Source: an uncultured Klebsiella sp. (GTDB lineage Bacteria > Pseudomonadota > Gammaproteobacteria > Pseudomonadales > UBA5518). From it: 64,000 nt of DNA. Position 1 is the stretch's first letter; each line of letters begins with the position of its first letter. Shown here in pieces: positions 8,796-19,360 of the stretch. Both the position numbers and the translations under genes were made by a program. Under the pieces are notes generated by a model. The model had not been told where the DNA came from and searched no databases. It saw only the letters and a list, made by a program, of their open reading frames with translations. Location of the stretch: NCBI GenBank assembly GCA_964610955.1, contig CAZSYV010000003.1:902-64901 (forward strand), given 5' to 3'.

Positions 8796-10160
8796 TCAGG
8801 CCGCAAGGCTTTGCGCGATTGCTTCGAATTCCCGGTTCGAGCTGTGGATGCGCTCGCTGACTGCGAGCGCCGTATCGCGATCGATGCCCAGCGCACCGAA
8901 GGAGCGCTCCGACAGGGGTTCGAGCGCCGTATCGCCGATGCGCTGCTGGTACAGCAGGCGCGTGGCGACGTGCAGCACGCGTGCCATCGTCTCGTGTTCG
9001 CCGCCCAGCTCGGGTGCCTGCTGGAAGCGCAGTGCTGCGCAGATCGCATCGGGCAGGTGCCAGAAGCTCATCAGCCGGCCTGCGATCTGCTCACGGGTCA
9101 CTCCGAGCAGGAAGCGTTCGACGTACCAGTGCCCAAGGTGAGAGTTCGCATCCGTGTAACGGCATACCAGCCGCATCTGCGGCTTGAACAGCTCACCGAG
9201 GACCAGCGCACCGAAGTTGTGCAGCAGACCAGCCAGGTACACATGGCCCAGCGCGGGGCGCAGCGTGGAGGGCATCGCCTTGGCAATGCCCTCGCTCATC
9301 GCAGCGCCGCACACTGCCTGCATCCAGTAGTTGCGGTAGCCGTGACGCTCGTCCCTTGGCATGCGCATCGTCTTGCCGAGGGCAAGCCCGAGAGCCAGGT
9401 TCATCACCAGGTCGAAGCCGAGCACGCGAACGATGGCGTCCTGGATCGATCGCACCTTGCCCGGGGCGGCGTAGTACGGTGACGAGGCCCAGCTCACCAC
9501 CTGCGCCGCCAGTGCCGGATCGATTTCCACCACACGGGCGAGATCGCTGACGCTGGCGTATGGATCGGCACTGAGACGGATGATGCGCTGGGCAATCTCG
9601 GGCAGCGGGGGAAATTCGAGTGTGTCCTCCAGACGTGAATCGATGCGACGCGTGGTGAAGCGCGAGACGGCGCCGTTGATGTCGCTCTCGTCGTGCGTAT
9701 CCGGGAAATCGCCGGGGTGCAGGCCGTCAAGCGCGACGCAGAAGTCTGCGCTGCTGCACATCGTGTGTTCGAGCAGACGGCTGAAGTCCGTCGTGGGCAT
9801 GCGGATGCGCATGCCGCCGGCATCGAGCTCGAGTTCCTCGGTGGCCAGCAGCGAACGGTCGACGATGACGGGCAGCCCCAGCACCTGCGGCAGACCGGGC
9901 AGTGAGGGCATGCCCTGTGCAGCGCAACGGTTGATGAGCGATTCTTCGCTTGCCGCAAGCAGTTCACGGCCGCTGAATCGGTTGAGGGCCTCGAGGTCGA
10001 GCAGTGTGTCGGCACGCATCAGCACGACCGTCGGCTCCGCCGCATCCTCGAGCAGTGTTGCCCGCACCGTGGTTGCCGTGCTTGATGTTGTCTGCCCGGC
10101 TGGAGTCCAGCGGATCCCCTCCTCACCCAACAGCTTGCTGACGGACTGTGGCAGTTGCAT
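8796..10160 (-). CDS. sadB: SadB-like protein (YbaK/aminoacyl-tRNA-deacylase-like N-domain + HDOD domain)
   Basis: The N-terminal ~150 aa look YbaK-like. The C-terminal part is HDOD-like (LPPLPEIAQRIIRLSADPYASVSDLARVVEIDPALAAQVVSWASSPYY). The position next to recG matches P. aeruginosa sadB as I recall it. Start set at ATG 10160 (MQLPQ). Confidence 0.6.
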   Translation of the reverse strand: MQLPQSVSKLLGEEGIRWTPAGQTTSSTATTVRATLLEDAAEPTVVLMRADTLLDLEALNRFSGRELLAASEESLINRCAAQGMPSLPGLPQVLGLPVIVDRSLLATEELELDAGGMRIRMPTTDFSRLLEHTMCSSADFCVALDGLHPGDFPDTHDESDINGAVSRFTTRRIDSRLEDTLEFPPLPEIAQRIIRLSADPYASVSDLARVVEIDPALAAQVVSWASSPYYAAPGKVRSIQDAIVRVLGFDLVMNLALGLALGKTMRMPRDERHGYRNYWMQAVCGAAMSEGIAKAMPSTLRPALGHVYLAGLLHNFGALVLGELFKPQMRLVCRYTDANSHLGHWYVERFLLGVTREQIAGRLMSFWHLPDAICAALRFQQAPELGGEHETMARVLHVATRLLYQQRIGDTALEPLSERSFGALGIDRDTALAVSERIHSSNREFEAIAQSLAA

Positions 10161-10247
10161 CGTTGTTCGTTCCCGGTTCGCTGCAACAAATGTAGTTGAA
10201 AAACCGTGGCAGTGCAGGGAGCACCGTCGCGCTTCCACTCGCCGCGT

Positions 10248-12368
10248 TCAGGCCTCGGCGTAGCGCGTGTGCCCGGGAATCCAGCGATCGAGCAGCGGTG
10301 CGACGAGCGTCGGGTGATGGTTGAGCAGTTGCAGTGCACTCTCGTGCAGTGTGGGCAGCAGCTCCGCATCGCGTCCCAGGTCGGCAAAGCGCAGTGCCAT
10401 CAGGCCCGTCTGGCGTACGCCCAGCAGCTCGCCCGGGCCGCGCAGCGCAAGATCACGCTCGGCCAGCTGGAACCCGTCGACGGTATCGCGTATCGCCTCC
10501 AGCCGTGCGCGTGCGGTACTCGACAGCGGTGGCTGGTAAAGCAGCACACAGTGACTGGCCTCGCTGCCGCGCCCGATGCGACCGCGCAACTGGTGCAGCT
10601 GTGCCAGTCCGAGCCGTTCGGCATTCTCGATGATCATCAGCGAGGCACGTGGTACGTCCACGCCGACCTCGATCACCGTGGTTGCCACCAGCAGATCGAG
10701 TTCACCTCGCTTGAAGGCATCCATCGTTGCGAGCCGCTCGCGTGTCGCGACGCGGCCGTGCACCAGCCCGATGCGCAGCTGTGCCAGCTGCGTGCCCAGC
10801 TCGGCGGCGATGGCCTCGGCAGCCTGTGCCTGCAGTGTCTCGGATTCCTCGATCAGGGTGCACACCCAGTACGCCTGGCGCCCGGCGGCACAGGCGGCGC
10901 GCACGCGCTCGATGATTTCTGCGCGACGGGTGTTGGCGAGCACGGCGGTGCTCACTGGGCTGCGCCCCGGTGGCAGCTCGTCGATCACCGAGCAGTCGAG
11001 GTCCGCATAGGCAGTCATCGCGAGCGTACGCGGGATCGGGGTTGCGGTCATCACCAGTTGGTGCGGCGCACTGCCCTCGTGCGTTCCCTTGTCACGCAGC
11101 GCAAGCCGCTGGTGCACTCCGAAGCGGTGTTGCTCGTCGATGATCACCAGTCCGAGGCGCTGAAAGCGCAGTTGCTCCTGGAACAGCGCGTGGGTCCCGA
11201 GTGCGAGCTGGATCGAGCCGTCGGCAATCGCCTCGATTGCGCTGCGGCGCTGCCGTGTCGTCATTCGTCCCGCGAGCAGCGTGCAGTGCAGGCCGAGTGG
11301 TTCGAGCCAGGATGAAAAGCTGCGCAGATGCTGTTCGGCCAGCAGCTCGGTCGGCGCCATGATCGCTACCTGCCAGCCGGCGCCGATCGCGACCAGTGCG
11401 GCCAGTGCCGCGACCAGCGTCTTGCCACTGCCGACGTCACCCTGCACCAGGCGCAGCATCGGACGGCCGCTGGCAAGATCGGCGCGGATCTCCTCACTGA
11501 CCCGCAACTGTGCCTGTGTCGGAGTGAAGGCGAGGCGCCCGAGCAACTGCTGGCCGAGCTGCGCGCGATCCTGCAGTACTGGCGCCTGGTGCGCGCGCGC
11601 TCGCTGACGGATCAGCAGCAGGCCGAGTTGATGTGCGAGCAGCTCCTCGGCGGCGAGTCGCCTTTGGTAGGGGTGTGTACCGCTCATGAGCTGTTCGATC
11701 GGTGCATCGGCTGGCGGACGGTGCAGGTAGCGCAAGGCAGTCGCCAGTGGTGCAGACGGCGTGTGCAGCTCTGCCGGCAACAGCTCTGCCAGGCCACCAT
11801 CATCGAGCAGTTTCAATGCCTGTGATGTAAGCGAGCGCCAACTACTCTGGTGTAGTCCTTCGCTGCTCGGGTAGATGGGTGTCAGGTGCGCTTCGGCAGC
11901 GCAGTCCTCGGCGGTACCTGGAATGTGGTACTCGGGATGGTAGATCTCGATGCCGCTGCGCCCGGGACGTACCTCGCCAAAGCAGCTCAGCCGCTGCGCT
12001 GCCTGCAGGCTGCGCTGCTGCGCGGCGCTGAAATGGTAGAAGCGCAGCGTGACCGTGCCGCTTGCATCCTCGAGCAGGCAGACCAGGCTGCGTCGACGAC
12101 CGTATTCCACGTGGACATCGAGTACGCGTCCTTCGATGAGGGCTTCGATACCTGGGCGCAGTGCGGCGATTGCGCTCCGACGGGTGCGATCCTGATAGCG
12201 CAGCGGCAGATGGAAGAGCACATCGGCAACGCTGTGGATGCCGAGTGCCGCGAGTCGCGCAGTGAGCCGGGGTCCGACACCGTGCAGCGTGTCGACCGCG
12301 ACGCGCTCGAGGCTGGTCGCGGTGGGCGCGTGATCGCGGGACAAGCGCTCGGGCTGCCGCGGGCGCAC
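10248..12368 (-). CDS. recG: ATP-dependent DNA helicase RecG
   Basis: The wedge domain (LPLRYQDR) and SF2 helicase motifs (GDVGSGKT, DEQHRFGV) are present. Length is 706 aa, with a GTG start at 12368. Confidence 0.92.
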   Translation of the reverse strand: MRPRQPERLSRDHAPTATSLERVAVDTLHGVGPRLTARLAALGIHSVADVLFHLPLRYQDRTRRSAIAALRPGIEALIEGRVLDVHVEYGRRRSLVCLLEDASGTVTLRFYHFSAAQQRSLQAAQRLSCFGEVRPGRSGIEIYHPEYHIPGTAEDCAAEAHLTPIYPSSEGLHQSSWRSLTSQALKLLDDGGLAELLPAELHTPSAPLATALRYLHRPPADAPIEQLMSGTHPYQRRLAAEELLAHQLGLLLIRQRARAHQAPVLQDRAQLGQQLLGRLAFTPTQAQLRVSEEIRADLASGRPMLRLVQGDVGSGKTLVAALAALVAIGAGWQVAIMAPTELLAEQHLRSFSSWLEPLGLHCTLLAGRMTTRQRRSAIEAIADGSIQLALGTHALFQEQLRFQRLGLVIIDEQHRFGVHQRLALRDKGTHEGSAPHQLVMTATPIPRTLAMTAYADLDCSVIDELPPGRSPVSTAVLANTRRAEIIERVRAACAAGRQAYWVCTLIEESETLQAQAAEAIAAELGTQLAQLRIGLVHGRVATRERLATMDAFKRGELDLLVATTVIEVGVDVPRASLMIIENAERLGLAQLHQLRGRIGRGSEASHCVLLYQPPLSSTARARLEAIRDTVDGFQLAERDLALRGPGELLGVRQTGLMALRFADLGRDAELLPTLHESALQLLNHHPTLVAPLLDRWIPGHTRYAEA

Positions 12369-12385
12369 GCCGCTGCCGGCAGTGC

Positions 12386-12775
12386 TCAGGGCTTCAGCAC
12401 CATCGTGGCCTCGACCTCGATTGCCGCGCCGCGCGGCAGTGCAGCCACCTGCACGCAGGCGCGCGCGGGGAAGGGCTCGCTGAAGTGTCGGGCCATCACG
12501 GCGTTCACTGCGGCGAAATCGGCCAGGTCGGTCAGGTAGATGTTCACCTTCACGAACTGCTCGAGACCACCGCCAGCGGCACGTGCGACCGCAGCGAGAT
12601 TGCGAAACACCTGTTCGGCCTGTGCGCTCACATCGGGCCCCACCAGCTCCATGGTCAGCGGATCGAGTGGGATCTGGCCCGAGAGCCAGACCGTGTCATG
12701 GGTCCTGACTGCCTGCGAATAGGGCCCGATTGCCTGTGGAGCAGCATCGGAATGGATGACGGTGCGATCGCTCAT
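12386..12775 (-). CDS. ridA: RidA/YjgF family reactive-intermediate deaminase
   Basis: 129 aa. APQAIGPYSQAV near the N-terminus and the C-terminal ALPRGAAIEVEA are typical of YjgF/RidA. Confidence 0.9.
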   Translation of the reverse strand: MSDRTVIHSDAAPQAIGPYSQAVRTHDTVWLSGQIPLDPLTMELVGPDVSAQAEQVFRNLAAVARAAGGGLEQFVKVNIYLTDLADFAAVNAVMARHFSEPFPARACVQVAALPRGAAIEVEATMVLKP

Positions 12776-12805
12776 TGGGTTTTCTCCAAACGGTTGGTGC
12801 AGGTC

Positions 12806-14926
12806 TCAGCGCTTGATCCGCGTGACTTTCATGACCGATTTCTGGGCGCGGATGCGTCGGATGATTCGTGCGAGCGCGACCCGGTTGGCGACACCGATCA
12901 CCAGCCGGATCCGGCTGATGTGGGCATCGCGCTCTTCCATGTCGATCTTCTCGATGTTCACGTCCATCTCGCTGATGCGGTTTGCCAGTGCCGCGATCAC
13001 GCCTTTCTGGTTCTCGACCTCGACCAGCAGCTCGACGTTGAACTCGCCGCTCGCGTCCTCGGCCCAGCGCAGCTGCGTGCAGCGTTCCGGATCATTGATG
13101 AACTCGGCGATGTTGTTGCAGTTCGCCCGGTGCACGACCACCCCGCGCCCGGCGCTGATGTGCGCCATGATCGTGTCTCCGGGAATCGGATAGCAGCACT
13201 TTGCAAAGTTGAGCACCATGCCTTCGGTGCCATGGATCGCCAGTGGTGCGACATCGCTGCCAGGGATGCCGGCCGATGTTTCGCTCACGCCGAGCAGGCG
13301 TCTGGCAGTGAGCACGGCGACTCGGTTGCCGAGACCGATTTCCTCGAGGATGCCTTCGATCGATGGCTTGTGTGTCTCCTGCAGCAGCTGTTCGACTGCT
13401 CCCGTTTCGGTCGTCTTGCGGATGCTGCTGCCGAGGGCTCCGAGTGCGCGGTCGAGGAGCCTGCGGCCCAGCTCGATCGACTCGGAGCGCTGCTGACTCT
13501 TCAGGAAGTGCCGGATGTTGGTTCGTGCCTTCGCCGTGACCACGAAGTCGAGCCAGGTTGGATTCGGATTTGCGCGCGGGGCCGTGACGATCTCGACGGT
13601 CTGGCCGCTCTGTAGCCGGGTGCTGAGCGGGGCCAGGTTGCGATCGATCCGGCAGGCGACGCACTTGTTGCCGATGTCGGTGTGTACGGCGTATGCAAGG
13701 TCGACGGCAGTTGCACCGTTCGGCAGCTCGAGAATCTCGCCACGCGGCGTGAACACATAGACCTCGTCCGGGAACAGGTCGATCTTCATGCTTTCGATGA
13801 ATTCGAGCGAGTTGCCGGCACGCTGCTGCATTTCGAGCAGGCCCTGCACCCACTGGCGGGCACGTGAGTGTTCGCTGCCGGGCTGCTCCGAGGCGCTGGA
13901 CTTGTACAGCCAGTGTGCCGCAATGCCGTTGTTCGCCATGTCCTCCATTTCGGCAGTACGAATCTGGATCTCGATCGGCACACCGTGCATGCCGAACAGC
14001 ACGGTATGCAGCGACTGGTAGCCGTTGGCCTTCGGGATCGCTATGTAGTCCTTGAAGTGGCCCGGAACCGGCTTGTAGAGATTGTGCATTGCGCCGAGGA
14101 CGCGGTAGCAGCTGTCGACGCTGTCGACCACGATGCGAAAGGCGAACACATCCATGATCTCGGCGAACGATTTTCCCTTGCTGCGCATCTTGCGATAGAT
14201 GCTGTAGAGGTGTTTCTCCCGCCCGATCACGCGGGCGCTGATCGATTCCTCGCGCAACCGGATCTCGATCTTGCGCTGGATCTGGTTGACGAGTTCCTTG
14301 CGGTTGCCCCGTGCCTTGCGCACCGCTGCGGCAATGCGGCGGGCGCGCATCGGATACAGTGCCGCAAAACCGAGCTCTTCGAACTCGATGCGCAGGCTGT
14401 TCATGCCGAGTCGCTGCGCGATCGGTGCGTAGATCTCCAGCGTCTCGCTGGCGATGCGCTGGCGCTTCTCGGGTTTCAGCACGTCCAGCGTGCGCATGTT
14501 GTGCAGGCGGTCGGCGAGCTTCACCAGGATCACCCGGATGTCGCGCGCCATCGCCATGGCCATCTTCTGGAAATTCTCTGCCTGCGCTTCGGCGCGCGAG
14601 GTGGTCTCGAACAGCGAGAGCTTGCTGACTCCGTCGACGAGTTCGGCAACGGGCGCTCCGAACTGGCGAGCAAGCGCCTCCTTCGGAATGCCGGTGTCCT
14701 CGATGACGTCGTGCAGCATCGCGGCAATCAGACTCTGGTGATCCATGCGCATGCCGGCAAGGATCGTGGTGACCGCCAGTGGGTGCGTCACGTAGGGTTG
14801 TCCGGTGCTGCGCACCTGGCCGTCGTGTGCCTGTTCGGAGAAATAGTAGGCACGACGCACTGCGTCGACCTGCTCGGGAGCGAGGTAGCTGTGGAGTCTG
14901 TCGATCAGCGCACCGAGTTGCTGCAT
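12806..14926 (-). CDS. spoT: bifunctional (p)ppGpp synthetase/hydrolase SpoT
   Basis: The HD hydrolase domain (HPLAVTTILA, MLHDVIEDT), RelA/SpoT synthetase domain, TGS domain and ACT-like C-terminus are all present. Length is 706 aa. It lies immediately downstream of rpoZ, as in other gamma-proteobacteria. Confidence 0.92.
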   Translation of the reverse strand: MQQLGALIDRLHSYLAPEQVDAVRRAYYFSEQAHDGQVRSTGQPYVTHPLAVTTILAGMRMDHQSLIAAMLHDVIEDTGIPKEALARQFGAPVAELVDGVSKLSLFETTSRAEAQAENFQKMAMAMARDIRVILVKLADRLHNMRTLDVLKPEKRQRIASETLEIYAPIAQRLGMNSLRIEFEELGFAALYPMRARRIAAAVRKARGNRKELVNQIQRKIEIRLREESISARVIGREKHLYSIYRKMRSKGKSFAEIMDVFAFRIVVDSVDSCYRVLGAMHNLYKPVPGHFKDYIAIPKANGYQSLHTVLFGMHGVPIEIQIRTAEMEDMANNGIAAHWLYKSSASEQPGSEHSRARQWVQGLLEMQQRAGNSLEFIESMKIDLFPDEVYVFTPRGEILELPNGATAVDLAYAVHTDIGNKCVACRIDRNLAPLSTRLQSGQTVEIVTAPRANPNPTWLDFVVTAKARTNIRHFLKSQQRSESIELGRRLLDRALGALGSSIRKTTETGAVEQLLQETHKPSIEGILEEIGLGNRVAVLTARRLLGVSETSAGIPGSDVAPLAIHGTEGMVLNFAKCCYPIPGDTIMAHISAGRGVVVHRANCNNIAEFINDPERCTQLRWAEDASGEFNVELLVEVENQKGVIAALANRISEMDVNIEKIDMEERDAHISRIRLVIGVANRVALARIIRRIRAQKSVMKVTRIKR

Positions 14927-14983
14927 GCAGGGAGCTCGTGCCGGCGAGCAGTCATGCGTTGCGGGGCGTGCTCGCCCTCGCCA

Positions 14984-15241
14984 TCAGAGGCTGGCCACGT
15001 CGACCTGCGCTTCGAGCAGTTCCTCGAAGGAGGGTTCGTCCCTTTCCTCCAGGATTTCGGGGCCGATCAGCCCTTCCTCGATCTCGCGCAGCGCGATCAC
15101 CGTTGGCTTGTCGGACTCCTCGTGCACCAGGGGTTCCTTGCCCCCCGTGGCAATCTGGCGCGCACGCTTTGCAGCGAGCATCACCAGCTCGAAGCGATTG
15201 TCCACCTTGTCGAGGCATTCCTCTACCGTAATACGTGCCAT
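14984..15241 (-). CDS. rpoZ: RNA polymerase omega subunit
   Basis: The protein begins [29 protein letters not shown], a canonical RpoZ N-terminus. I used the ATG at 15241 rather than the GTG at 15250. Confidence 0.93.
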   Translation of the reverse strand: MARITVEECLDKVDNRFELVMLAAKRARQIATGGKEPLVHEESDKPTVIALREIEEGLIGPEILEERDEPSFEELLEAQVDVASL

Positions 15242-15319
15242 GGTTTTCACCTGTAATCAGACCGGGCGTGCCCCGTCGCGACCTGGAGCCGCGCGGGTCG
15301 GCCATCTTAGCAGAATTGC

Positions 15320-16803
<1,484 letters not shown>

Positions 16804-16934
16804 GCTCTGGATTGCTGCCAAGTTCGTGCTCCGCTGGTTTCACCGCATTGTAATCGTGGCATGTGCATAAATCATGCGCCGGGCGCGTGTGTATAATCGC
16901 CGCCCCGCTTGCCCTGCATCATGGAGTATCGAGC

Positions 16935-17669
16935 ATGGAGCGACCCAGTGGACGACGCCCGGAGCAGTTGCGCCCGGTACGTTTCACCCGTGGATTCACC
17001 CGCCATGCGGAGGGTTCCGTGCTTGTCGAGTACGGGGATACGCGCGTGATCTGCACGGCCAGCGTCGAGCGGGGCGTGCCGCGTTTCATGCGCGGCGAGG
17101 GGCGGGGCTGGCTCACGGCGGAATATGGCATGCTGCCGCGCGCCACCAACACGCGTACCGACCGTGAATCGGCACGTGGCAAGCAGGGTGGGCGCACGGT
17201 CGAGATCCAGCGCCTCATCGGGCGCTCGCTGCGCTGTGCGCTCGACCTGGGCAAGCTCGGCGAGAACACGATCATCATCGACTGCGATGTGATCCAGGCC
17301 GATGGTGGTACGCGCACTGCCGCGATCACTGGTGCCTGCGTGGCACTGGTCGATGCGCTCGCTTGCGCGCGGCACAAGCGCTTCTTCGCCGAGGATCCGC
17401 TGCTTCACCTGGTGGCCTCGGTGTCGGTGGGCATCTGCGCCGGGCAGGCGGTACTCGATCTCGATTATGCCGAAGACTCGCAGGCTGAAACCGATATGAA
17501 CGTCATCATGACCGAGCATGGCGACTTCGTCGAAGTGCAGGGGACTGCCGAGGGGCGTCCATTTCGTGCCGATGAGCTGCAGCAGATGCTCGCCCTGGCG
17601 CGCCAGGGTACGGAGAATCTGGTGCGGGTGCAGAAAATGGCGCTGAGTGTCCCGCTGCCGGGCCGCTGA
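16935..17669 (+). CDS. rph: ribonuclease PH
   Basis: [41 protein letters not shown] and [11 protein letters not shown] are canonical RNase PH. Start at ATG 16935. Confidence 0.93.
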   Translation: MERPSGRRPEQLRPVRFTRGFTRHAEGSVLVEYGDTRVICTASVERGVPRFMRGEGRGWLTAEYGMLPRATNTRTDRESARGKQGGRTVEIQRLIGRSLRCALDLGKLGENTIIIDCDVIQADGGTRTAAITGACVALVDALACARHKRFFAEDPLLHLVASVSVGICAGQAVLDLDYAEDSQAETDMNVIMTEHGDFVEVQGTAEGRPFRADELQQMLALARQGTENLVRVQKMALSVPLPGR

Positions 17670-17696
17670 GTCCTGCCGGCGACCTCGCGTGCGGTG

Positions 17697-18473
17697 CTAC
17701 AGCTGCTCCAGCTCGATGTCGTAATCCATGATCAGCGGTGCGTGGCTGGAGAATTCCTGTCCTTTGTAGATTGCACCGTACTCGATCATCGAGCGCAGCC
17801 CTGCGGAGACGATCTGCAGGTCGACGCGCCAGCCGTCCGCCGCCTCGCGTCCCCCGGGCCACCAGGAGAACTCGTCGTCATCCCGGCTCACCAGCCGGAA
17901 CGCGTCGCAGTATCCGAGCTCGCCATAGAGCGTATCGAGCCAGAGTCTTTCTGCTTCCAGAAACCCCGGTGCGCCGTCGTGACGGGCGGCCTGCTGCACG
18001 TCGCGCGCCGCATGTGCCATGTTCCAGTTCCCACACAGGATGTACTGGCGGCGCTTCTTGCGCACCTTGTCGAGCTGGACATGCAGCTGCTCGAAAAAGC
18101 GTGACTTGTGTGCCAGCGAGCCGGGATCGTCCATGCTGGCCACCGGTGCGAGCAGGCTCGCAATGCTGACATTCTCGAAATCGGCCTGCATGTAGCGACC
18201 TTCGCCATCGGCTTCACCGAGTGCGAGGCCGGTCATGATCGCCTTCGGCATCTTGCGGCAGTAGATCGCCACACCGTTCGTCGTTGCGTCGATGGCATCG
18301 AAGAAGTATGCGAAGTAACCCTCCGGGTTGTAGACAGCAGAGCCAAGCGCGGATTCGGCGGCACGCAGGTCCTGGATGCAGATGATGTCGGCGTCCTCCT
18401 CGAGGACCCAGTCATAGAAGCCTCGCGAGGCCGCTTCGCGGATGCCGTCCGCGCAGAAACTGATGACTCGCAT
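17697..18473 (-). CDS. crc: catabolite repression control protein Crc-like (EEP/ExoIII fold)
   Basis: The protein has the EEP fold and is collinear with P. aeruginosa Crc as I recall it (RYMQADFENVSIASLL, FSWWP, SSHAPLIMDYD, and QD instead of the ExoIII QE). It lies between rph and pyrE, exactly as crc does in Pseudomonas. The start is ambiguous among three ATGs at 18473, 18479 and 18485. Confidence 0.7.
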   Translation of the reverse strand: MRVISFCADGIREAASRGFYDWVLEEDADIICIQDLRAAESALGSAVYNPEGYFAYFFDAIDATTNGVAIYCRKMPKAIMTGLALGEADGEGRYMQADFENVSIASLLAPVASMDDPGSLAHKSRFFEQLHVQLDKVRKKRRQYILCGNWNMAHAARDVQQAARHDGAPGFLEAERLWLDTLYGELGYCDAFRLVSRDDDEFSWWPGGREAADGWRVDLQIVSAGLRSMIEYGAIYKGQEFSSHAPLIMDYDIELEQL

Positions 18474-18515
18474 GCTCATGTCCATATTCAAAACCGGCGC
18501 ACATGATACATGATG

Positions 18516-18530
18516 CCATTCGTCGAATGG
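18516..18530. repeat. perfect 15-bp palindrome CCATTCG-T-CGAATGG in the crc/pyrE divergent region
   Basis: Read directly from the sequence. It is preceded by the tandem heptamer ACATGAT-ACATGAT (18501..18514). Confidence 0.6.
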
Positions 18531-18627
18531 GTGGCAGCTTGCACGTGATCCGCGCATCCTGGTGGCGCAGGGGCGCTGTTATACTTGTGGTCATTCCACA
18601 CAGAACGGCCGCGCTCAAGGCAATCGA

Positions 18628-19323
18628 ATGGGCGACCATCACAGCGATTTCATCACGCTTGCGCTGCGCCACGGTGCGCTGCGCTTCGGGGATTTCACGC
18701 TGAAGTCGGGGCGACGCAGCCCCTACTTCTTCAATGCCGGGGCATTGTCCGGCGGTGTCGCGTTTGCCGCTCTTGGTCGCTGTTACGCGGCGGCGATTGC
18801 CGCTTCCGGCGTCGAGTTCGACATGCTGTTCGGCCCGGCCTACAAGGGGATTGCACTTGCGGTTGCTACTGCAGTGGCAATTGCCAACGACAGCAACCGC
18901 GATGTCCCTTGTGCTTTCAACCGCAAGGAGGCGAAGGCCCATGGTGAGGGCGGCGCGCTGATCGGTGCCCCGCTCGCCGGGCGCATCCTGATCATCGACG
19001 ACGTGATCACTGCCGGCACCGCGGTGCGTGCCGCGACGGAACTGATCACGGCAGCGGGTGCGCGCGTTGCCGGCGTCGTGCTCGGGCTCGATCGCCAGGA
19101 GCGTGGGCATGGCAGCGGGTCCGCTGTCTCCGAGTTGGCACATGAGCTGGGTGCCCCGGTGTTCAGCATTGCGCGGCTGGACGACATCGTGCGCTTCCTC
19201 GAGGCTTCGCAGGAGCTGCACCAGCACCTCCCGGCGATGCGCGCCTATCGGTGCGAGTGGGGCGTACCCTCCTGCACGCTATCGGCGGGTGCGGATTGCG
19301 CGCCTGTATCCAATCCGGTCTAG
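18628..19323 (+). CDS. pyrE: orotate phosphoribosyltransferase
   Basis: FGDFTLKSGRRSPYFFN and the PRPP loop ILIIDDVITAGTA are present. Start at ATG 18628. Confidence 0.92.
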   Translation: MGDHHSDFITLALRHGALRFGDFTLKSGRRSPYFFNAGALSGGVAFAALGRCYAAAIAASGVEFDMLFGPAYKGIALAVATAVAIANDSNRDVPCAFNRKEAKAHGEGGALIGAPLAGRILIIDDVITAGTAVRAATELITAAGARVAGVVLGLDRQERGHGSGSAVSELAHELGAPVFSIARLDDIVRFLEASQELHQHLPAMRAYRCEWGVPSCTLSAGADCAPVSNPV

Positions 19324-19360
19324 AATTCGGTTCAACCGACAGCGTGACCCTGAGGTTTGC

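Noticed and set aside
10207-10223. A sigma-54-like TGGCAG-N5-GGAGCA.
   Set aside because: The GG-to-GC spacing is off by one relative to TGGCAC-N5-TTGC. The -12 element lacks TTGC. There is also no plus-strand gene downstream, since recG and sadB are both on the minus strand.
17697-18473. My initial call of exodeoxyribonuclease III (xth).
   Set aside because: I replaced it with Crc-like. The reasons are the rph/X/pyrE position, Crc-specific blocks, and substitution of the catalytic Glu (QD instead of QE). It remains an EEP-fold protein, so nuclease activity is not formally excluded.
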